A DNA stretch of 64,000 bases from an uncultured archaeon (GTDB taxonomy: Archaea; Thermoproteota; Nitrososphaeria; Nitrososphaerales; Gagatemarchaeaceae): assembly GCA_963817525.1 (NCBI GenBank), contig CAWFOU010000007.1, positions 928,001 through 992,000 on the forward strand. The letters are read 5' to 3'. Below the pieces are notes generated by a model. That model searched no databases and had not been told where the DNA came from. It saw nothing but the letters and a program-made list of their open reading frames with translations. How positions within the stretch are numbered: position 1 is the stretch's first letter; the number at the start of each line of letters is the position of its first letter. A program made the position numbers and the translations under genes. This document shows positions 57,400 through 64,000 of this stretch, one piece after another.

Positions 57400-57525
57400 G
57401 GGCGCCTCCGTGGTAAACGGTGAAGGTCGAGTCCTGAGGCCCCGCGAGGCAGTGTCGGCTTGCTAATTACGAACTATTCGGTTTTTATATCGGTGCGACG
57501 GCCTTGTCCAGGAGATTTAAACTAA

Positions 57526-58158
57526 ATGTTGCAAAATGACGCCAGGCCGCGTGGACGGCCGCGCAGCTTCGACGAGAGGTTCGCGCTGGAAAAGGCGATC
57601 CAGGTGTTCTGGTCGAAGGGCTACGACGGAGTGACGATCGACGACCTCGTCGCAGGGATGGGCGTGGGACGGCCGAGCCTGTATTCCGTCTTCGGAGACA
57701 AGCGGACGTTGTTCTTGCGCGCCCTTAGGGCGTACGCAGAGACGAAAGGGGCTCTCGCTGCGAAGGCACTCCTCTCGCCGCGCACTCTTCGCGACTCGCT
57801 CGCCGCCTTCCTGAGGAACGCCGTAGAAACTGCGACCCAGGAGGGATCCGCTCGGGGATGTCTTCTCGAGTGCGTCGCGCCGCTTGTGAACGATGCTGAG
57901 GTCCGGCAGTTCCTACAGAACGCGGCCGCTCACGCCGTAGGACTAGTGGAAGGTCGTTTCCGGGATGCGATCAGCGCGGGCGAAATCCCGTCCGACTTTC
58001 CTGTGGCCATCCGCGCAAGCCAGGTCGTTGATTTTGCTCGTGGCCTTACCATGGGTGCGCTGATAGGCACGCCGCGCAAGACGCTTCTCAGGGATGCCGA
58101 GGAAGCGGCCGACTTGGTGCTCCTGCCGCGGCGTGTAAATGCGGCGCCAGAACGTTGA
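57526..58158 (+). CDS. TetR/AcrR-family regulator (bacterial type)
   Basis: RGRPRSFD...FWSKGYDGVTIDDL...PSLYSVFGDKRTLF...RGCLL. Confidence 0.93.
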   Translation: MLQNDARPRGRPRSFDERFALEKAIQVFWSKGYDGVTIDDLVAGMGVGRPSLYSVFGDKRTLFLRALRAYAETKGALAAKALLSPRTLRDSLAAFLRNAVETATQEGSARGCLLECVAPLVNDAEVRQFLQNAAAHAVGLVEGRFRDAISAGEIPSDFPVAIRASQVVDFARGLTMGALIGTPRKTLLRDAEEAADLVLLPRRVNAAPER

Positions 58159-58294
58159 TGACGGCTGGGTAGCCATCGCTCGCAAGGCGGCCGGCCCCGG
58201 AATGGTAGCGGGCCCGACGGGGCCCGCCCGTGAACAGGTTCTCGAAGTGGATTCCGGGAAAGTTAGCTCGCGGATCTGCGCGGCGCCAGTTCGG

Positions 58295-58951
58295 TCAGGC
58301 CGGTGATTCCTTCAGGACTTGCGCCAGTATGCGTCGCTCCGCCTTTATGCGATGCACCACCAGCGTGGAGCTTCGCATCCCGAGTCTCCTCCCGAGCTCG
58401 TTAGAGCTTATCCTCTTTGGAAGGTCATAGTATCCAAGGTTGAAGGCAGCGATTAGGACCTTTCTTTGCTTCTCCGTAAGATTGGCTAGAGGCGAAGTCA
58501 GGGAGAATCTCGCATCTCCAAGAGAGATCACCTTGTATCGCATGCCTGTCTCGTCGACGATCTTCCGAAAGCGCTTAACCTCATTCACATTCCCTAGGAA
58601 TGTCGCTCTAATCCGTCCATCTCTAATCTCAAACGGGAGGGTAAGGTATCCGCCCGTCACGAACATCTTGGGCGTCGGACCTTCTGAGCCGTACTTTCTT
58701 CGCAGGAAGTAGATGTGCGCTCCGCCTTTCTCTTCCTCCAAGTGTTGGGCGACGGTGGAGTCGTCTAAGAGTACATCCTCAAGCTTGGTTGCGCCTCCTT
58801 TGAATTTCACCCGGCATATCATCGCGACCTCGTCCGGTTCCTCCCTTAGGAAGCTGACGACCTCAAATAGCTCGATTTTCCTTAGCGACGACTCTGCACC
58901 CATGAGTCTACCCAGTTCTTCCGTGGTTGACTCCAGCACGAGCCTGCGCAT
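58295..58951 (-). CDS. Archaeal regulator with C-terminal HTH_10 (Bat-type) domain
   Basis: LTEKQRKVLIAAFNLGYYDLPKRISSNELG...HRIKAERRI. Confidence 0.9.
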   Translation of the reverse strand: MRRLVLESTTEELGRLMGAESSLRKIELFEVVSFLREEPDEVAMICRVKFKGGATKLEDVLLDDSTVAQHLEEEKGGAHIYFLRRKYGSEGPTPKMFVTGGYLTLPFEIRDGRIRATFLGNVNEVKRFRKIVDETGMRYKVISLGDARFSLTSPLANLTEKQRKVLIAAFNLGYYDLPKRISSNELGRRLGMRSSTLVVHRIKAERRILAQVLKESPA

Positions 58952-59046
58952 GCAAAGACAACGACAGTGCGGGAAATATCAATCTTTCTAGCACGCTAGC
59001 ATATTAGCTACAACACTCTTATGAGATTCTCTAATATTTCGAAACA

Positions 59047-59439
59047 ATGACTGCGGAAACCAAACTCGTGATTCGCCCCCAGGGAATCCTGATCGCCTGT
59101 GTGCTGATGATTGTGTTTGGCATCGCGGAGGTTGCCACAGGCTTCACCGGTCATTTTCTCGGCGGCATTTCGGTTGCCACGTCGACGGAATACACAATCG
59201 CAGCGGCCGCGACCGGTTCCTGCTACAGCCTGGCTGGTCTTTTCATTCTAACGATGAGGAAGCGGGGCGCGGCGCTCGGCATCGCCTTTCTCTGTGCTGA
59301 ACTCCTCGGACGGGTCTACCTTGTCTCGACCGGTCTCTACCCGTTCAGCGGAACTGATGAGAGTGCGGTTATCGCGGGAAGCATAATCGCTGTACTCTTC
59401 GCACTCTACATTGGACTGAGGTGGAATAGATTCAGGTGA
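59047..59439 (+). CDS. 4-TM membrane protein, divergent from the HTH_10 regulator
   Basis: Four hydrophobic segments; TTAT box about 25 bp upstream. Confidence 0.72.
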   Translation: MTAETKLVIRPQGILIACVLMIVFGIAEVATGFTGHFLGGISVATSTEYTIAAAATGSCYSLAGLFILTMRKRGAALGIAFLCAELLGRVYLVSTGLYPFSGTDESAVIAGSIIAVLFALYIGLRWNRFR

Positions 59440-59695
59440 CTCAAATCGCAAAACTCGAGACGGTCCGACGTCCTGGAATGGCCTCTGCGTCTCAGGTCTG
59501 CTCCGCAATAGCATAATTCGGCCTCTTTCTGACAAAACAAGCTCAGAACAGGCCTTTTATTAGCGGGCCCGACGGGGCTCGTCACCTATAGGTGGCGGAC
59601 CCGAGGAGGACCTGGAGGCTTTTATGCGGTCTAGGATATCCAGGAGTCCTCGCCGAGTGGAGTAGCATGTGGGGGGAGATGAAGGAGGGGAAGCT

Positions 59696-60505
59696 TCACG
59701 TGCGGGAGCTCAAGCACTTCCACGACAGACTAGTAGCCTCCGCGCGCTGAGCCTCAAGGTATTCCCTGATGTATTCGCACGCCTGCTCGGGGATGAAGGT
59801 GAAGTAGCTCCTCTTGCTCTTGCTGATCGGCCTGCGGATGACGAGCTTGGCGGGCACCTTCGTGAACGCAGCGCTCTTTTGCGCAATATGGAACTCCAGC
59901 TCCGGAAAGTCGCCAAGCTTCAGGCCGTCGGCACCGTAGATGGTGCCCATCACTTCGGGGCGTATCCCCGAGAACGCGATTAGGGAGCATGCCGCCTTCG
60001 CTCGCAGGTCGGCGTGGTTGAGGATCCTGTTCAGCTCGTCCGGAGAAGGCGTCTTCTCGTTCTCGTACTTGTTCGGGGTGTATGGGATGCGGATCTTCTT
60101 GGTGACGACGATGTCGTTGAACGAGAACCACGACTTCAGCGCCTTGATGTACGACTCGATGAGGGTGCCCGCGTTCCCCCTGGCTTCGAGCATCGACACC
60201 ATGTCGATGAGGAACGAGGTAACCTCCTTGGGGTTCTTCCTGGCCAGGTCGGAGGGGGTGGTGGCGTACTCCCTGCAGATGTTCCCTATTCGCCTGAAGC
60301 AGACGGAGGCATACGTCTGAGAACCTCTCTTGGCGTTCTCGTACCAGCGGAGAAAGGTCTCGTCCTCCTCCAGAAGGTGGACGTAGGGCGATCTCTTAGG
60401 TAGCACAGCATGCTGGTGCGGTGCGGCATATAACGTCTGGGTCCAGACCCGGGGAAGTGTGGACCGGGGGGGACTCGGCCGATTATTCGTCTGAGTCTTC
60501 GGCAT
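59696..60505 (-). pseudogene. C-terminally truncated archaeal tyrosine recombinase/integrase
   Basis: RWYEN..RGS, YIKALKSWF, LIAFSGIRPEV (catalytic Arg I), SKSKRSYFTF; ends before H-x-x-R and the catalytic Tyr; true start probably near 60410. Confidence 0.82.
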
Positions 60506-60638
60506 CCGATGCCCAAAGACCCATCGCTCGCAATTATATCTAGAGCCTGAGATAAAAAGGTCACGGTCGCGGATTCTGCTTGATTAAGATACATGGATTC
60601 CTAAATATTGATAAGATGCGACCAGAACATTCGTCTCG

Positions 60639-61187
60639 TTGTCTCAACGAAGGGAACGAATTAGGGCGGGCCTTAACGTTCCTCACGTTGAGCAAGGCGA
60701 AGAGGAATATTACTGCGTCCCTGCGTGTATCAGCATGGTAGTTCGGTTCCACGTTGAGACTATGGGGGCGGAAATACCGAACCCTCCTGTTTCCGAGCTA
60801 GCGAGCGCTATGGGAACGGACGCATCAGGCACTTCTCTTAACGACGTTGTGAGGGCCAACCGGACACTTCGGGGCCGTTCTCACTTCTTGGAACTTAAGC
60901 CAAGAAGGAACTGCGAGTTTCGGGACATCAAAAAGCAAGTTCAGGAAGAAGGAAGGCCCGTTATAGCATGGATTAAGCCGCACAGGGAAGACCGAATCGG
61001 GCACTCAGTAGTCGTCAAGGAAGTTGACCCTTCGGGGTTAAAACTGACTATTGATGACCCTGCTAGAGGCGAATGGGTGTTAGAAGTGACCGAGTTCCTT
61101 CGGGTTTGGGGAAACTCCCACTACGTTTTAATCGAGGCGACGGTGGACAACAAGCCTCCGCAATCGGATTTACGTGAATTTGAATGA
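60639..61187 (+). CDS. Stand-alone C39-like cysteine peptidase
   Basis: VPHVEQ...YCVPACISMV, GHSVVV, IDDPARG (Gln, Cys, His, Asp of the papain-like fold); no signal peptide. Confidence 0.82.
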   Translation: MSQRRERIRAGLNVPHVEQGEEEYYCVPACISMVVRFHVETMGAEIPNPPVSELASAMGTDASGTSLNDVVRANRTLRGRSHFLELKPRRNCEFRDIKKQVQEEGRPVIAWIKPHREDRIGHSVVVKEVDPSGLKLTIDDPARGEWVLEVTEFLRVWGNSHYVLIEATVDNKPPQSDLREFE

Positions 61188-62110
61188 TGAAAGACGCGAC
61201 AGAAGCCATCGAGCGCTACGTGGACAACACGTATGGCGACCTGATTACCACAGGGAAGCCCTTACATTACAAGAGCCGAGGCTGGGTCGCCGAACTCAAG
61301 TCGGATTATCCACGCACGATTAGGGACGATAAAGACCCGCACTCGACCTTCGTTAAGTTCATCACGCTGAGAGAGCTGGGGGAAGTCACGTTGTCGGATA
61401 ACAACGAGATAGAGGGAACTCCCAGAAAGGAACTCGTTGAAAGGCTCACATCTTCCCTAACTCAGTGGAGGCAACTAGTCGAGGAAATCATACTCAGCAC
61501 TTCGTCGAATAGGCTTGCTAAAATTGGGCGACTCAAGGACACCCTGAATCCTATAGTTCTTGTCGTTGACCACTTCTCACGTGAAGGGGTTGACTTGCTC
61601 TCCTACGAAGAGATTAGGAAAGACCCTCGCTCAAAGAAGATGCTCCGTTGGCTCGAATTCTTAGAGCAAATCAAGCTAGTAGCGAAGAAAGACGACGGAT
61701 TCACCTATGGGAACAAGTTCAGCGAGCTGGAGAAGCAACTCGGCCCGGGAGAGAACTTGACCGACACGGTAATCTCCTATATCATGCAGAACTACTACGC
61801 CACGATGCGCCAAGCCCTAGAGATATGGCGCTTCGACCCGTATCTTCACATGGAGACCTGCTATTTCGGCCCGTCACTCCAAGCCGGGAGGCTTCTATAC
61901 AGAAAGGAAGCGTCCTTGCTCGCACTCTATCACAAGTGGTATCAGAAGCAATCTCCGAACTACAGGATAAGGCCCATACTTGACCAACTTCAAGAAGTGG
62001 GTTTGCTAGAGAAAGAAGGCGAGTATTGGGTTGGCTCGAAAGACATGTGGAAGACTCTCGCCCCGCTGAAAGAGAAAGTTCCGCAAGAGATAGCTCCGCT
62101 GAAAGCGTGA
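61184..62110 (+). CDS. Hypothetical protein (308 aa), possible winged-helix segments
   Basis: ATGA overlap with the peptidase; WLEFLEQIKLV and ILDQLQEVGLLEKEGEYW resemble wHTH wings. Confidence 0.7.
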   Translation: MMKDATEAIERYVDNTYGDLITTGKPLHYKSRGWVAELKSDYPRTIRDDKDPHSTFVKFITLRELGEVTLSDNNEIEGTPRKELVERLTSSLTQWRQLVEEIILSTSSNRLAKIGRLKDTLNPIVLVVDHFSREGVDLLSYEEIRKDPRSKKMLRWLEFLEQIKLVAKKDDGFTYGNKFSELEKQLGPGENLTDTVISYIMQNYYATMRQALEIWRFDPYLHMETCYFGPSLQAGRLLYRKEASLLALYHKWYQKQSPNYRIRPILDQLQEVGLLEKEGEYWVGSKDMWKTLAPLKEKVPQEIAPLKA

Positions 62111-62514
62111 TTAACCAAATTAGGCAGTGGGAAAGGTTGAGACTCAAAGCAACCCAAATCGTCATAACTATCGTAGTCATTGCGCTAGTGGGCGGCGGCG
62201 CAATTCTTCTTTACGATGAGACGTCGGGGCCGTCTGTGAGTTCCAGCGTGTCCACAAATGCTAGCTTGGTAAGCGAGCTGGATTGCTTTGGAAGCAATGC
62301 ATATACTACTGTCGCGCTCCGTGTAAACTCAACCTCAACCTCCACCTCTATCACGACTTATTCGGGACCTGGCGAGATGGAATTTGATTATCGAACTAAT
62401 ACGACTGTGGCCGCGCCTGTCGGTACCGTAGTAACTACAACCACTACTTTCGCTTCCAGCTCGGGCAACGTGGTTTCAGAGTGGGAAGCCGTAACCTGCA
62501 CTTACGTGAAATGA
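62107..62514 (+). CDS. Membrane-anchored Ser/Thr-rich protein
   Basis: GTGA overlap with the previous stop; one TM then a Ser/Thr-rich domain with 2 Cys. Confidence 0.65.
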   Translation: MINQIRQWERLRLKATQIVITIVVIALVGGGAILLYDETSGPSVSSSVSTNASLVSELDCFGSNAYTTVALRVNSTSTSTSITTYSGPGEMEFDYRTNTTVAAPVGTVVTTTTTFASSSGNVVSEWEAVTCTYVK

Positions 62515-62526
62515 CAAGATATCGAC

Positions 62527-62853
62527 TCATCTAGGCTTCTTGACGAGCCTCTTCTTGACCCGGTTCTCCCACTCATGATAGTCAATCAGGCCGCGCTCTT
62601 CTAGCAGTTCGGCGAGAGAGGTTATCATGTTGTCCTGCATGTCAAGCTCGCCCGCGAGGTTATCCGTTGAGATCGACCCGGCCTTCAACGGTCGGCCTTC
62701 TGCGGCCCCTAGATACCCCTGCATGGTGAGATACGCGATGACGATGTTCCTGATTACTTCGGAGTCTCCGTCGCCAATCTTTCCCTTCATCTCAGCGTCG
62801 ATGATTGCCCATAGGCCTTCTGGAAGAGTGACTAGCGCCCTTCTCCGAGGCAT
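62527..62853 (-). CDS. CopG/RHH-type DNA-binding protein
   Basis: ATG at 62853 (TGATG overlap with the transposase); RRALVTLPEGLWAIID...DSEVIRNIVIAYL. Confidence 0.72.
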   Translation of the reverse strand: MPRRRALVTLPEGLWAIIDAEMKGKIGDGDSEVIRNIVIAYLTMQGYLGAAEGRPLKAGSISTDNLAGELDMQDNMITSLAELLEERGLIDYHEWENRVKKRLVKKPR

Positions 62854-63731
62854 CAGGCCCTTACCTCCACTTGGACCGCCCCGGCCTTCTCCACGACCTC
62901 TTGAATCGTCTTCTCCGCCGTCGCGTTCTGAATCAGTTGCTTCCAGCCTTTCATCTCTATCCCTGCCGCCTGCGCGGGGGTCTTCCCGATACTTGAGTGC
63001 GTCCGACAGAAGTTGTAGTTCACGACGTAGCCTTCGAGAAGGTTCTTGGGATTCTTCAGGCCCCGCATCGGCTTCACTCTGTCCTTGAGCGTCCCATGAA
63101 CTCGCTCCACTATGTTGTTGGTCTCCCTCGCTCGAATCCCGACCCTTCTCACCCACTCGACCTTGTTCCCCTTGTATCGGGTGTAGAAGACTTTCTTCAT
63201 CGCCTCGTCGTATGCGAAGGAGCCGTCGGTGTAGAAGGCCGTCGGCCTCTGCTTCTCAAGGGCCTGTGTGAAGACCTTGATTGCATCCGCGCTCGTCCGC
63301 GAGTTGCTAACCATGCTTGCGACTATGAACCGAGTGTCTTCGTCGATGGTCTCCCAGAACCACTTCTCTTCTCCGCCGACCTTTATCGCCGTCTCGTCGT
63401 GGTGATACTTGCCTCCCAACTTGGGCGCGAGGGTCTTCACGAACTCGCTGACCATCTCGCCATACTTAGAGACCCAATACCAAACCGTAGAGGCGGCAAC
63501 GGTCTCGCCGAAAATGTCTCCGAGCTGTCTCTGAACCTTGCGAGTGGAGAGACCGTCATAGTAGAGGTTCAGCGCCGTCACGATGACATGCTCGTTCACC
63601 CTCATTCGAGCGAAGGAGACATGGTTATCGTAGAAGTGGTGAGAGCAGTTCTTGCACTGGAACCTCTGGACCCCCATCTTGACCCCGTGTTTCACGACTT
63701 TTTCCGACCCGCAGAACTTGCATGCGTTCAT
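62853..63731 (-). mobile_element. IS6-like DDE transposase with N-terminal Zn ribbon
   Basis: CKFC...QRFQCKNC, GLSTRKV, HHDETAIKV, YTDG, NNIVERVHGTLK, YNFCRTH..GKTPA; terminal repeats not identified. Confidence 0.88.
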
Positions 63732-64000
63732 TTGCCAACAGGGTGTATATTGGCATTAGACCTATTTATATCCATTGTATAGCCAGTTGATATCCATGTA
63801 TCTTAATCAAGCAGAATCTCATAGTTCGAGCTGCCGTGGTCGAGACGACGCCCTGGAAGAAGGGCCGGAAGGACTGACGAACCGCTAACCAACACGCATC
63901 TTAGCGAAACCAACTACATCCTTACCACGCCGCAATCCAACTGAAGAGCCGTGAAAGTACTAATTCTTCATTCGCCCTAGCCGTGGTAACGGTTGACCCA

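Larger units (their letters stand above)
56140..60478. mobile_element. Decayed integrative element bounded by a perfect 21-bp direct repeat resembling a tRNA-Ala 3' end
   Basis: TGTGGACCGGGGGGGACTCGG at 56140-56160 and 60458-60478; contains the integrase remnant next to the right copy. Confidence 0.65.

Noticed and set aside
62515-63800. Terminal inverted repeats of the IS6-like element
   Set aside because: No matching inverted pair was found by eye, so the element boundaries are left undefined.
1-64000. CRISPR array, rRNA or complete tRNA genes
   Set aside because: No regularly spaced repeat-spacer units were seen. The tRNA-like sequences are only T-arm/acceptor fragments with no D or anticodon arms.

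Overview
GC-rich archaeal DNA, most consistent with Nitrososphaerota (Thaumarchaeota), possibly a non-ammonia-oxidising soil lineage. The assignment is inferred from CdvB/ESCRT-III, archaeal TFB and uS10, an MCSIIG-type GlmS, and a DUF6659-like protein. (1) 1-14 kb: two KaiC/RecA-type ATPases, each with a DUF3227-like partner, two UPF0104/LPG-synthase-TM flippase paralogues, and small bacterial-type stress proteins. (2) 14-28 kb, the main candidate system: a Pel/galactosaminogalactan-like exopolysaccharide locus. It has a PelF-like GT4, a PelX-like C4-epimerase, a PelG-like exporter, a spherulin-4/GH135 hydrolase, GlmS and a TPR-like protein. It also carries a WbqC, PIG-L and ATP-grasp tailoring set, its own divergent TFB and two wHTH regulators, and lacks the c-di-GMP receptor PelD. 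(3) 28-35 kb: a tandemly duplicated Lrp-like/wHTH/Zn-finger cassette, several Zn-finger microproteins and a DUF3494 ice-binding-like surface protein. A recurrent upstream motif (TCTAGTR, often followed by GATAA) may join regions 1-3 into one regulon. (4) 35-53 kb: nucleoside salvage genes, a phosphoesterase, an APC permease, a two-component pair, unannotated CsbD and ChaB-like genes, an adenylate cyclase with a cNMP-binding partner, cdvB, an 18-aa Lys-rich microprotein and rps10. (5) 53-64 kb: an integration hotspot with vapBC, stacked tRNA-3'-end-like att remnants delimiting cargo modules (one retaining a bacterial sigma70 promoter), a truncated tyrosine integrase, a C39-peptidase operon and an IS6-like transposase. 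No rRNA, complete tRNA or CRISPR array was seen. All family calls come from motif recognition, not database searches.
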